Source of the DNA: Eubacteriales bacterium | GTDB taxonomy: Bacteria; Bacillota; Clostridia; Oscillospirales; CAG-382 | DNA: 64,000 bases | Assembly (NCBI GenBank): GCA_045644305.1 | Contig: JAZRGS010000031.1 | Coordinates: 3,722 to 67,721, forward strand | Reading direction: 5' to 3' | Shown here: piece after piece, positions 44,390 to 54,112 of the stretch | Position numbering within the stretch: the stretch's first letter is position 1 | How the letters are laid out: the number at the start of each line of letters is the position of its first letter | The notes under the pieces: generated by a model | What the model saw: only the letters and a program-made list of their open reading frames with translations | The model's database searches: none | What the model was told of the DNA's origin: nothing | Made by a program: the position numbers and the translations under genes

Positions 44390-44865
44390 TTTTCAAACAT
44401 TCTTCCGTTAATTTGACCGGAGCCTTCTCCGGGCTTACGCTTGAACGAGGCGTATAAATCCATCACCTGCTGAAGACCGTCGAAGGATTCAACCAATTCT
44501 CTGATCTTTTCCGAACTGTTTTCCCAATATTGCTGTGCCTTCTGCTCTGCCTCTGCAACCATACGATCGCATTTTTCCTTGGTCTCCGCCTCCATCTGAA
44601 GGCATCGCATCACCTGTCTGTCGTTCAAAAGCTTGATGTTTTCCAAGTAAAACTGACAGGAATCCTGCGCCGCCGAGAAAATACCGCTAAGCTGTAAGGA
44701 TGCCTCTGCAAGAGAACCTGCATTTTCGATACTGATGGTGCGATCAGCCAGCTGAGATTGCGTCTCATCCAGAATACGCTTCAATTGCTCATTTTCTTTT
44801 CTTTGAGCCAATAAAAGCTCCAAAAGATCGGTACGACTCAAGCGTCGCAGCTCTCGTTCCGTCAT
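44386..44865 (-). CDS. Coiled-coil protein of unknown function, first gene of the pilus operon
   Basis: 159-aa ORF with a 4-nt overlap with the signal peptidase gene and heptad-rich sequence. No motif was recognised. Confidence 0.5.
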   Translation of the reverse strand: MTERELRRLSRTDLLELLLAQRKENEQLKRILDETQSQLADRTISIENAGSLAEASLQLSGIFSAAQDSCQFYLENIKLLNDRQVMRCLQMEAETKEKCDRMVAEAEQKAQQYWENSSEKIRELVESFDGLQQVMDLYASFKRKPGEGSGQINGRMFEK

Positions 44866-44969
44866 AACTTTTCGCTCCTTTCCCTACTATATCATAATCA
44901 TCGAGCTCGTCGATGAACAGTTATCCAACTTCATAATACAAAAAAATATTGCAATACGCAACAATCGCG

Positions 44970-45001
44970 ACGCAAACGGCAAAAATACAACGCAAACGGC
45001 A
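44970..45001. promoter_or_regulatory. Two perfect 12-bp direct repeats with 20-bp period (candidate LytTR binding site)
   Basis: ACGCAAACGGCA occurs at 44970-44981 and 44990-45001. The pair ends 19 nt upstream of the -35. Confidence 0.5.
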
Positions 45002-45020
45002 TTTTTTTACACCAAAACTA

Positions 45021-45050
45021 TTGACCTGCACCCAAGTAACGTGTTATAAT
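45021..45050 (+). promoter_or_regulatory. Promoter of the LytTR two-component operon
   Basis: TTGACC (45021-45026), 18-nt spacer, then an extended -10 TGTTATAAT (45042-45050). Confidence 0.6.
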
Positions 45051-45094
45051 GATAGCCTGTACTAATGTGAAAATATGAAAAAGGAGGAACCGCT

Positions 45095-45823
45095 GTGAAA
45101 ATTGCTTTGGTAGACGACGAGATCACCCATCTTTCAAATATAAAGAATTTGCTGACTGCACAGCTTCAGGAATATACTCCCGACGCCACACATACCATCG
45201 ATACCTATCTCAGCGGCAAATCCTTCCTTAATCACTGGTCAGCAGGGCAATATGACGTAATCATATTGGATATCTTCATGGGCGGTCTTACAGGTGTCGA
45301 GGTGGCAAAGGAAATTCGCCGCACGGATATGAACGTAAACCTCGTGTTTTGCTCTCACAGCAACGAATTTGCCACCGAAAGCTACGAGGTCAACGCCCAA
45401 TATTATCTGCTCAAGCCTGCCACACAAGGCTCTGTCGTCAGTATGCTCCGCCGCCTGAACGTCGATCTGATCCAGCGCAAGCAATTCGTGACGCTGCCCG
45501 ATGGTCACGACGTGGTATTGCGAGATATTTTGTACACGCAATATTATAACCACGTTGTCACCATTCATCTGAAAAATAAAGAAACCTATCGCATTCGCAC
45601 CAATCATGCGATCATAGAAGAACTGCTCGCTCCCTGCGGCTTTATCTGTTGCTCCTGCAAGGGGATTTTGGTGAATTTCTATGAGGTCGCCAATTCCTCC
45701 GACAACAGCTTCACGATGACCGATGGCACAATTTTGCCCATCTCTCGCAGAAGACAAAAGGAAATTCAGAGCGCCTACATCCAATTCCGTTTCCAAAAGA
45801 TGCGCTTGGAGGTGGAGCCATGA
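45095..45823 (+). CDS. LytTR-family response regulator
   Basis: GGAGG then a GTG start. The receiver domain has DD..., D in ILDIFM, and K. The C-terminal LytTR domain shows ...I.Y....H.V.IH. Confidence 0.85.
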   Translation: MKIALVDDEITHLSNIKNLLTAQLQEYTPDATHTIDTYLSGKSFLNHWSAGQYDVIILDIFMGGLTGVEVAKEIRRTDMNVNLVFCSHSNEFATESYEVNAQYYLLKPATQGSVVSMLRRLNVDLIQRKQFVTLPDGHDVVLRDILYTQYYNHVVTIHLKNKETYRIRTNHAIIEELLAPCGFICCSCKGILVNFYEVANSSDNSFTMTDGTILPISRRRQKEIQSAYIQFRFQKMRLEVEP

Positions 45824-47145
45824 TCCCCTTTTTTCGTTTCGTCGAGGTAACGGTGTATTCCATATTGAATGTGATGCCCTTTTTACTGCTTGCGCTTTAT
45901 CTCTTCCGCAGGTCGCTGCGCTTCCCCCGACCCGTTACAGCAGCGATGCTTGTGGCTATGGTTATCGTCCAGATCGGCTTGGGATATCTAACGGCGTTTT
46001 CCTTTGTCAGCTCCGAGGTAATGTCTCTGGCAAGTACCGTTATATATGCCGGCTTTCTTTTCCTCGTGATCAAGGACCGTGTCGGTCGAATCACCTTTGT
46101 TCTGCTGGTGCTTGCAAACATCGGTAACCTCGTAAGCATCTGTGCAAAATGCATGGAGGGTATGCTCTTCGGCGATTTAGCGTTGGAAAACTACCGCTGG
46201 TCAATGATTCTGTGTATGCTCGTCATGCACGCACTCATCACCATCCCCGTCAGCTTGTATGCAAGCAGATATTTCACAACAAGGCTACCCATTCATAACA
46301 AATATTGGGCATACCTCTGGCTCATCCCCACAACGTTCTACGTGATTTGGTATTACCACCTCTATTTCGCAGGCTACAGTAGCTTGGAAATCGCAATGGA
46401 CCCGATGCACGCGATATTTTTGTTAATAATCAACGCAGGTGCGTTCGTTGTCTATCACTGCGCCATTTTGCTGCTGCTCGCACAGGATGAAAACGCAAAG
46501 CTTACCCAAAACAATTACCTTTTGACCCTGCAGAACATCCAATACGAAAACCTTCAACAGCGTATCGACGAGGCTCGCCGTGCAAAGCACGACGTCCGCC
46601 ACCACGCGCGACTTACGCTCGAATATCTGCGAAGCGGAAAGCTCAATGAGCTCGAAGCCTATCTCGAGCAATACTCAAGCTCCCTGCCCGATGCCGTTCC
46701 CATCGTTTATTGCGAAAATTACGAGGCAAACAGCATATTCAATTATTTTGAACAGCAGGCACAGCAAAACGGCATCACCTTGGACGTCCTCATCAGCCTC
46801 CCTCAGGATATCGCTCTTAGCGAAACCACCATCACGCTTGTGCTCGGCAACCTGCTGGAAAACGCCACCGATGCCTGCAAGGAAATCACAAGCGGCGAAA
46901 AGAAGATCACGGTTCGAGGCAAGGCAAGCGACGGATACGTCTACTTCGAGATTTCTAACAACTACGCCGGCAAGCTTACCAAGACGAAATACGGTAGCTT
47001 CGTAACCACCAAAAAGAACGGCAAGGGGCTCGGACTTCAATCGGTAGCCCATCTTGTCAAGCTTCACGAGGGCGTCTTCGAAATCGAAGATAAGGATAAC
47101 GTCTTCCGTGCTTCGGTTATGCTTAAGGAATTGCCCCGCATCTAA
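45820..47145 (+). CDS. Sensor histidine kinase (AgrC/LytS-like, GHKL ATPase)
   Basis: 6-7 N-terminal TM segments, an H-box RRAKHDVRHH, an N-box LGNLLENA and a G-box KGLGLQSV. It overlaps the RR gene by 4 nt. Confidence 0.85.
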   Translation: MIPFFRFVEVTVYSILNVMPFLLLALYLFRRSLRFPRPVTAAMLVAMVIVQIGLGYLTAFSFVSSEVMSLASTVIYAGFLFLVIKDRVGRITFVLLVLANIGNLVSICAKCMEGMLFGDLALENYRWSMILCMLVMHALITIPVSLYASRYFTTRLPIHNKYWAYLWLIPTTFYVIWYYHLYFAGYSSLEIAMDPMHAIFLLIINAGAFVVYHCAILLLLAQDENAKLTQNNYLLTLQNIQYENLQQRIDEARRAKHDVRHHARLTLEYLRSGKLNELEAYLEQYSSSLPDAVPIVYCENYEANSIFNYFEQQAQQNGITLDVLISLPQDIALSETTITLVLGNLLENATDACKEITSGEKKITVRGKASDGYVYFEISNNYAGKLTKTKYGSFVTTKKNGKGLGLQSVAHLVKLHEGVFEIEDKDNVFRASVMLKELPRI

Positions 47146-47159
47146 TCCGCTTTAACCAT

Positions 47160-47197
47160 AAAAATCCTCACTCCATAATCGGAACGAGGATTTTTTG
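47160..47197 (+). terminator. Intrinsic terminator after the kinase gene
   Basis: aatcctc...gaggatt followed by ttttt. Confidence 0.7.
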
Positions 47198-47469
47198 CTT
47201 TATTTACCACTTTAAGGTATCTGCCAAGGCGTATATCCTTTACTTCTTCAAAACTTTTTAAACCAAGTACGTTTGTTGCATTTATTCTTGAAACCTAGAA
47301 TAAAGTAAAAAGTACATAGCGGAGGCTTGCGAAAATACCTCTTCACTATATAACGGTGACAGTTTGGTGTATTCGCTAAAGGACGGAACATAGATGACGA
47401 TTGAGCTTTAAAAGAGAATAGAAGTCCCCGAATAGCACTTTGGGCGATGCTGTTCGGGGATTTTTGGGA

Positions 47470-49308
47470 TTATTTAAGTTCTTCAAATATGCGATTAATA
47501 CTTGCTGAAATGGTGCGCCAATGAATAGCAAGTATGGAATAATAATTCTTATCTTTCTTCAAATAGTTCGTGGCATTCAACGAAGTATCATATGCCGATG
47601 CCATCAAAAAGCTTGTTATTCCCGCGTCTATTATGACATTAAATAGCTTGTTAAGCACATCATCACATCGATCCTTTTCATTGAAAATCTCAGGTGGAAT
47701 AAAGTATGACACATTATCTATGTTAGCGAAAATATCGTAAAGTCTGGAATCGGATGCGCTATCTGTACGGGCAACGGCAAAAATTGTGTTCAAATCATTG
47801 TTGGAAATATTGCCACAATAGTATCTTGCTGCAAAAGCCACAAAAGCAATACAGATCGTTCTCGCATTGTGAGCAAAAGAGATTCTGTCATTCGCATCAG
47901 GTAAATCAGCATTTTCTCTATCAAATTTCTTTTGGAATGTGTTCTTAAAATAATAATCGATATAAAGCAACTCTTTTGATAGCTTTGCAATTTGCATTTG
48001 ATTTCCATCAAATACCTTGTCATAGTACTGCGGATTATACAGAGCCGACGGCTTAGTTCGACTTGCACATGGCACCTGAAATATTGCTGCCATACACAGC
48101 TTGCCTATCTCAACCAAGGATGAGTTAAGATATGCATCAGCAAACGCTCTGGGCACTGCTTCACCACGCTTGGTTTGATAGAATATTCCTACTTCTCGCA
48201 TTGATTGTGCAAAACGAACCTGTTCAGGAGAATTCGCTTTTAAGTCAACAGGTTTAATAGGTTTCTGTGTATTTGTCGCTTTTGCAATAGAAAGGCTAAA
48301 TGCATTCTTTTCGTCCTCGGTATCCCCCTCGGTTTTAATAATTTTACAGGGCAAAAAGAAATCATTATGTTCATCAATACTTCTGCTCTTGTGAATCATA
48401 TAAGTAGTTTGACCGCCATTGATGATAGAAAAGTCACGAAGTTTGACCTCTCTTCCATCAATCGAGAAATCACCACATACAATGGTTATACCGTTGTTTT
48501 TGTACCAAAAAGATTCTGGATTGTTACGAATAGTCTCATCAATGCCTCTATCAATATCGCGACCTGCAATATGATAGCGAAGATTTCGTGCTAGAAGTTG
48601 AATATTATGTTGTGCATACAAAGCCTTGATTGAAAAGGCAGAAACATTGACTATGGCTGCATTCTCGCCATATATCAGACAGTTGTCAGACTCGTCAATT
48701 TTAATTTTCCCGTGTTCAACAGTTGCGCGACGCGACTCCGATTCTTTGATTTCTTCTACTATATCTTTGCCAAAGAATATAGACACTTCAAATTGACTTG
48801 AATCTTCAAAAAGCTCGCGAAACTTTTTCTCAATACGCGCTTTATTAATACCGGACTGAAGAGCGCTAGTGTAAAATACAAAGTGAATTTTAGACTCTTC
48901 TCCAACTTCAGAAAACAACGAAAGGAATCTTCTTTGAACATTTGAATTAACCTGCTCATAGTGTCCTTGTTGCATATCCTTATAAAATGCAGCCATTTTT
49001 GTCATAGCATTAAATACATCTTCAAAGGAAATAGCTGTGTAATATTTTGACTGAGCAATTACCAAATCGGAACTTTCTGAAGAAGGATCAGTTAGAAGAA
49101 CATCAACGCCACCATCATATTGACCGTCTACAATCATTTCCGCATAATCGTTTTCAGTTACGATCAAAGCTGGATTTTTATAAAGGTGGGATTTGACGCA
49201 CAACGCAGAAAAAACATAATCATCTGCTTTTGAGCGCAAAGAAGGGGTAGCCTCCTTCATTGATTGAATTTTATTTTTTATGAATTCGTATGATACATCA
49301 GCGGGCAT
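47470..49308 (-). CDS. AIPR-family abortive-infection (phage resistance) protein
   Basis: The N-terminal pattern YVFSALCV...DGQYDGGVDVLL...LVIAQSKYY and the ~610-aa length fit AIPR. The gene is strongly AT-rich relative to its flanks. Confidence 0.65.
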   Translation of the reverse strand: MPADVSYEFIKNKIQSMKEATPSLRSKADDYVFSALCVKSHLYKNPALIVTENDYAEMIVDGQYDGGVDVLLTDPSSESSDLVIAQSKYYTAISFEDVFNAMTKMAAFYKDMQQGHYEQVNSNVQRRFLSLFSEVGEESKIHFVFYTSALQSGINKARIEKKFRELFEDSSQFEVSIFFGKDIVEEIKESESRRATVEHGKIKIDESDNCLIYGENAAIVNVSAFSIKALYAQHNIQLLARNLRYHIAGRDIDRGIDETIRNNPESFWYKNNGITIVCGDFSIDGREVKLRDFSIINGGQTTYMIHKSRSIDEHNDFFLPCKIIKTEGDTEDEKNAFSLSIAKATNTQKPIKPVDLKANSPEQVRFAQSMREVGIFYQTKRGEAVPRAFADAYLNSSLVEIGKLCMAAIFQVPCASRTKPSALYNPQYYDKVFDGNQMQIAKLSKELLYIDYYFKNTFQKKFDRENADLPDANDRISFAHNARTICIAFVAFAARYYCGNISNNDLNTIFAVARTDSASDSRLYDIFANIDNVSYFIPPEIFNEKDRCDDVLNKLFNVIIDAGITSFLMASAYDTSLNATNYLKKDKNYYSILAIHWRTISASINRIFEELK

Positions 49309-49450
49309 TGCAGCACCTCGCCTCCTTGCAAAAAGATATATATTTTATTATATCGCATTATATCACATTTTTCGACATCAAACAATATTTTTTTGAAAAT
49401 TTATCCCTTGAACGATTATATCTTGAACGATACCAAATCCGCTATCTCTC

Positions 49451-49497
49451 AAAACCAAAACGAAAAACAGCACCCAATGGTGCTGTTTTCATTTTGG
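49451..49497 (-). terminator. GH43 terminator, a diverged copy of the tRNA-fMet terminator
   Basis: aaaaccaaaacgaaaaac-[cagcacc caat ggtgctg]-ttttcattttgg, compared with 50860-50904 aaaaccaaaacgaaaaac-[cacccgattgggtgg]-ttttcattttgg. Confidence 0.7.
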
Positions 49498-49524
49498 CAA
49501 GTTGCACCGAAAAAGATATCACTT

Positions 49525-50442
49525 TTATATATGATTTTCAAAGCGTTCGGCTGTAATAACACCATCATTTACCGAAAGACGACAAATTCGCGCTGTCCTT
49601 CTTTCAACATACTCGGTTGAGGTTGTGTTTTGGTAATCTCGGGCGTGGTAGATGGCGTAATATTCGTTATCAACCTTTATTACACTATGATGACCGGTGC
49701 CCTCCTCAAAGGAATTTTTTATGATTACGGGTGAAAATTTGTTGCCGTTTTTAACCTTTATAAAGTCCACTTTTTTAAGGTCTTGTTCATCTGTTTTTGC
49801 AACGGCATAACCAATGTGATATGTGTTATCTTGATAACATCCTGCACTATACATAAGATATTGCCAATCACCCTCTTTAAACCAGAACGGTCCTTCTAAG
49901 GTGTACCAATCGCCTTCCTCTGTGCATTGAGGAGTGAATTTTTCTTCATCAAATTCGGACAAAAGCACTTCCTTGGGGTTATTTTCGGGGGTATATGGAT
50001 CTATAAATTTATCTACATAAATTCTCGTGCCCACAAGATCGTGTTCGAGATTGTTTTTGGCATACCAAAGAAAAAGACCGTCATTTGTCTTTACCATATG
50101 TGAGTCGATGGAGAATTGGTCATACAGGCACTTTTCATTTTTGAACGGTCCCAAAGGCGAATCGGCACAGGCCACGTGCATATATTGGAAATTATTATTT
50201 GCGACACAGGATACATACATATAATATTTGTCTTCGAACTTTATAACCGAAGGCGCCCAAAAATCGTACGCGTCTGCAAACGCGGTTACGGTTCCTTTAT
50301 AAATCCATTTTCCTGTAAGAGCTTTGCTTTCGTATGCTTCAACTCCTGCATTCGCAGTTACATAAAGGTAAAAGGTTCCGTTATCCTCAAATATAAACGG
50401 ATCGGGTTGAGTATATTTTGTTTCATTAAACGTTAATTTCAT
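49525..50442 (-). CDS. Glycoside hydrolase family 43
   Basis: QPDPFIFEDNGTFYLYVT...FWAPSVIKFEDKYYMYVS, the typical GH43 five-bladed propeller motifs. The gene is AT-rich. Confidence 0.75.
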   Translation of the reverse strand: MKLTFNETKYTQPDPFIFEDNGTFYLYVTANAGVEAYESKALTGKWIYKGTVTAFADAYDFWAPSVIKFEDKYYMYVSCVANNNFQYMHVACADSPLGPFKNEKCLYDQFSIDSHMVKTNDGLFLWYAKNNLEHDLVGTRIYVDKFIDPYTPENNPKEVLLSEFDEEKFTPQCTEEGDWYTLEGPFWFKEGDWQYLMYSAGCYQDNTYHIGYAVAKTDEQDLKKVDFIKVKNGNKFSPVIIKNSFEEGTGHHSVIKVDNEYYAIYHARDYQNTTSTEYVERRTARICRLSVNDGVITAERFENHI

Positions 50443-50623
50443 AAGTTAACTTCCTATAAGTAGATTATAATATATTATACAGCAAAAGCGAAAAAAAGCA
50501 AGAAATATGCTGTAATAATATTACAGTTTTTGTCCTCGGACACATAACCCGACGATGAAAGTGCAACAGTTTCTCATAACAACAAAAAACAAGGCACACC
50601 GTGTGTGGTGTACCTTGTTTTTT

Positions 50624-50640
50624 TGGTTGCGGGGACAGGA
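50624..50640 (-). repeat. Duplicated 3' end of tRNA-fMet (att-like scar)
   Basis: tggttgcggggacagga is identical to 50902-50918 (21 nt with the preceding tttt). It is preceded by its own terminator hairpin at 50586-50622. Confidence 0.85.
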
Positions 50641-50901
50641 GTATTATGTTATTGTTTTGTCCGGCGTAATCGTTACATGCCACCGCCTTGCGGTGCCCGA
50701 ATTTTCATTCGGCTTCGTTAGTCACTGCGCCGTGAAAATTCGACCGCTGCGGGAAACATTGCTCGCTGTATCCGCCACCGGCGGCGCGAGCCATGTTCCC
50801 CCAACGAGCCACGCTCGTCGGTCTCATAACACGAAAAACGCAAGGCAAAGCCTTGCGCCAAAACCAAAACGAAAAACCACCCGATTGGGTGGTTTTCATT
50901 T

Positions 50902-50977
<76 letters not shown>

Positions 50978-51010
50978 ATATGAAACGGCATATGCCGATT
51001 TTTTTAATTT

Positions 51011-51099
51011 TGGTGCCGGAAACCGGGCTTGAACCGGTACGAGGGGTTAACCTCACTGGATTTTAAGTCCAGGGCGTCTGCCAATTCCGCCACTCCGGC
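51011..51099 (-). tRNA. tRNA-Leu (TAA)
   Basis: GCCGGAGTGGCGGAATTGG..., anticodon loop CTTAAAA, a long variable arm, and encoded CCA. Confidence 0.9.
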
Positions 51100-51258
51100 A
51101 CATACGACCGAAGCTTTCGCTTCAATCAACCCGCCCGAATATATTACCACAAATCAAAGCGCATGTCAATACTTAATTTTAAATTCGTTAATTTTTTTAT
51201 TATTGACTTGCGACAAATTCAGCGTTATAATAAACTATACTAACGTGAGGTGCAGATT

Positions 51259-52122
51259 ATGAAACCGAAGGTATATTTTACACGCGAGCTTAATCCCGAA
51301 CGCGTTATCGAGCTTTACGAGCGCGTCGGAATCGAATTAAAGGGCAACGTAGCGATAAAGCTTCACTCGGGCGAGCCGGGCAACCAAAACTTCTTAGGCC
51401 CCGATTTTTGGGCGCCGATCATCAACAAGGTCGGCGGAACCGCAGTTGAATGTAACACCGCTTACGAGGGTACCCGAAACACCACCGAAAAGCACTTAAA
51501 AACACTCGACGACCACGGCTGGAGCAGACATTTCAAATTCGACCTGCTTGACGCCGAGGGACCCGACCTCGCGCTCGAAATCGAGCAAGGCAGAGTTATC
51601 AAGCAAAATTTCGTCGGTAAAAATATCAAAAATTACGATTCGCTTCTCGTGCTTTCCCACTTCAAGGGTCACCCCATGGGCGGCTACGGCGGAGCGCTTA
51701 AGCAGCTGTCTATCGGCATCGCCTCCTCCTACGGAAAGGCATACATCCACGGTGCGGGCGAGCCCGAAAAGATATGGACCGCCGACCACGATTCCTTCCT
51801 TATGTCGATGGCTGACGCAGCGAAATCGATCGTCGATATGTTCGGCGAAAACAGCGTTTACATCAACGTTATGAAGAATATGTCGGTCGACTGCGACTGC
51901 TGTGCGGTTGCCGAGGACCCCTGCATTGCAGACATAGGAATGCTCGCGTCGAACGACCCCGTCGCAATCGACAAGGCATGTCTCGACCTTGTTTATGCAA
52001 GCAACGACCCCGGAAAAGCGCATCTTATCGAGCGCATCGAATCGCGCAACGGCGTACTTACGATAAACGCCGCCGAAGCTTTAAGCATCGGCTCTACCGA
52101 TTACGAATTGATTGAAATATAA
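51259..52122 (+). CDS. DUF362-domain protein
   Basis: 287 aa with AIKLHSGE and a CDCC cluster region. Start taken at the ATG at 51259, after GAGGTG. Confidence 0.5.
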   Translation: MKPKVYFTRELNPERVIELYERVGIELKGNVAIKLHSGEPGNQNFLGPDFWAPIINKVGGTAVECNTAYEGTRNTTEKHLKTLDDHGWSRHFKFDLLDAEGPDLALEIEQGRVIKQNFVGKNIKNYDSLLVLSHFKGHPMGGYGGALKQLSIGIASSYGKAYIHGAGEPEKIWTADHDSFLMSMADAAKSIVDMFGENSVYINVMKNMSVDCDCCAVAEDPCIADIGMLASNDPVAIDKACLDLVYASNDPGKAHLIERIESRNGVLTINAAEALSIGSTDYELIEI

Positions 52123-52169
52123 AGATAAACCCAACGGACAAAAAGTCTGTTGGGTTTTGTTTTTCACAA

Positions 52170-52385
52170 TTATTTCATTTCCTTCGAAAGCCCCAAAAGA
52201 TAATCGGCGCTTACCTTGAAAAAACGGCAAAATGCGACTATATCCTGCAAGCTCGGCTCGACCTTATTGCACTCGATATACGAAAGCTTGCGCTGTGTTA
52301 TCCCTATCGCCTTTCCGAGTGCAGTTTGATTCAAATTTGCATCCTCGCGAAGATTGCGAATTTTATCGCCGAAGGAAAGTTTCAT
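52170..52385 (-). CDS. XRE-family helix-turn-helix regulator
   Basis: LNQTALGKAIGITQRKLSYIE, an HTH motif. Confidence 0.75.
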   Translation of the reverse strand: MKLSFGDKIRNLREDANLNQTALGKAIGITQRKLSYIECNKVEPSLQDIVAFCRFFKVSADYLLGLSKEMK

Positions 52386-52490
52386 CTTTCATCACCGACA
52401 TTAGTTTACCATAGACGAAAACTTTCTATTGACATTTAGACAATATTCGTCTATACTTGTGCCAAGAACACTTAATATCGGAGAAAAAAT

Positions 52491-53048
52491 ATGGGAAATC
52501 GCTCGCCGAATATCGATAATCTTTATCTGCTTGCGCGGATTGCTCGCGATAGCTCCGACAAAGCAAACGCCCTGCGTTATTACGAAATGCTTATTAATTT
52601 CGCATCCGAAGATTGGGAGCCCGCCTTTTTCGCGGCGTATTTTCGCTGCTCGAGCAGCAAAACCGAAAAGGATTGCGAATTTTTCGCAGAAGCCCTTCAA
52701 GGAGTGTTTTATTCGATTTCGAAAATCGGCAACGAAAGCCAACTGCTCGACGCTGTAAATCTCGTTACATCGTATTCGGCATCGTTTGCGATTTCTGTTA
52801 AAGACGTAGCGGTTATGCGTTACAACGACGCAACCGCGCAGACTCGCGCCGCTTTAAAAGCCGATTACAAGCGCTTGGGGCACAAGGCTGCTGAAATCGT
52901 TATGTTTTTGCTTGATTATTTGCTCCTTTACTTTTCCGAAATGCCCATCGTGATGAACCAATACCGCCCGATTTACAGCGATTTATGCCTTTTTTCGGAT
53001 TTCATCACCGCCGAAGAAAAGTCCCACTATCGCGACAAATTAAAATGA
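52491..53048 (+). CDS. Hypothetical protein (helical, TPR-like N-terminus)
   Basis: 185-aa ORF divergent from the XRE gene. No motif was recognised. Confidence 0.4.
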   Translation: MGNRSPNIDNLYLLARIARDSSDKANALRYYEMLINFASEDWEPAFFAAYFRCSSSKTEKDCEFFAEALQGVFYSISKIGNESQLLDAVNLVTSYSASFAISVKDVAVMRYNDATAQTRAALKADYKRLGHKAAEIVMFLLDYLLLYFSEMPIVMNQYRPIYSDLCLFSDFITAEEKSHYRDKLK

Positions 53049-53101
53049 CAAATCAAGAGAAAAAGCACGCCAACGCGTGCTTTTTTTATACTGTTGTTTA
53101 A

Positions 53102-54112
53102 TTAAATCTCGTTTGAGTAATCCAAAAGAAGGTCTGCAATACGTTCCGAAAGCTTTCCCTTGCTCTTTGGATGAATGTCGTCGGTTTCGCATATATCGCG
53201 CGAAATTACGGTTTTTACGCCGCTTATTCTTGACTGAACGTCTATCTGCGCCTGCTGAACAAGAATCCACCCCTCCTGCTTTCTCGGGATATAATCGGCA
53301 ATTTGTACAACGACAAACCGAAGCGTAGTATCACAAAAAGCCTTTCGCCAGCAACGAACAAGCTCTGCCAGCTCGTCGCAATAAACTTTGCCCTCCGCTT
53401 CAGAGGTGTCGCTTTCGCCTTGATACCATATAACCGACGAAAGAGAATAGGGAATAATCTGAGAAAGCATCACGTTATAAAGCGTTCCGTCGCCGTTCCA
53501 CGCGGAAAATTCCTCGTAGGTATGGTCGAAATACTTCTCATCAATCGTTAAATTTATACCGATTCGTTCAAACGTTCCCTCGGGTACCCAGCTTTCTATA
53601 ACCGAAGCGCCCTGATAACAAACGATAACACCTATCGCTATATCCTTTTTTTCGGAAATGAGTTTAGAGGTCAGATAAGCAATAGCAGACCACTCGCCTA
53701 CCATATCCTTTTCGCATAAAACCCAACCGTCATCTGCTTTGTAGTGCTCGCTTTTTTCAATCTTGTCAGGCGAAAAAAGTCGAAGATACGGATTCGTTTG
53801 ATAAAGCTCGGAAGCAGAATTCGAATCCTTCATTTTAAACTGCATATTCGATTGCCCTGCAAACAAATACACTTCGCCAATATATATATCCTCAAGAATG
53901 AAAGCTTCGTTTTCAAACTCTACGCTCATAGAATAAGGGCCGCCGTAGCTCAAAGCGGGAAATTCAACAACCCACTCGTCATTGTCGGAAAAATGCTTCT
54001 TGGTAATTCCGTTAAAGTTGATTATAACTGAACCGCGCCCCTCTCCGAAAATACGAATAGGCTTGTTCGCCGCCAAAACCATATGTGAAGTAAATATTTT
54101 GTTGAGCTTCAT
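53102..54112 (-). CDS. Sialate O-acetylesterase-like (SASA/SGNH) carbohydrate esterase
   Basis: LFAGQSNM (nucleophile block) and WYQGESD. Start moved to the ATG at 54112. Confidence 0.7.
   Translation of the reverse strand: MKLNKIFTSHMVLAANKPIRIFGEGRGSVIINFNGITKKHFSDNDEWVVEFPALSYGGPYSMSVEFENEAFILEDIYIGEVYLFAGQSNMQFKMKDSNSASELYQTNPYLRLFSPDKIEKSEHYKADDGWVLCEKDMVGEWSAIAYLTSKLISEKKDIAIGVIVCYQGASVIESWVPEGTFERIGINLTIDEKYFDHTYEEFSAWNGDGTLYNVMLSQIIPYSLSSVIWYQGESDTSEAEGKVYCDELAELVRCWRKAFCDTTLRFVVVQIADYIPRKQEGWILVQQAQIDVQSRISGVKTVISRDICETDDIHPKSKGKLSERIADLLLDYSNEI

Noticed and set aside
47198-50623. Prophage or integrative conjugative element at the tRNA-fMet locus.
   Set aside because: No integrase, excisionase, capsid, terminase or conjugation genes are present. 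Only att-like scars and two cargo genes remain, so at most it is a decayed island.
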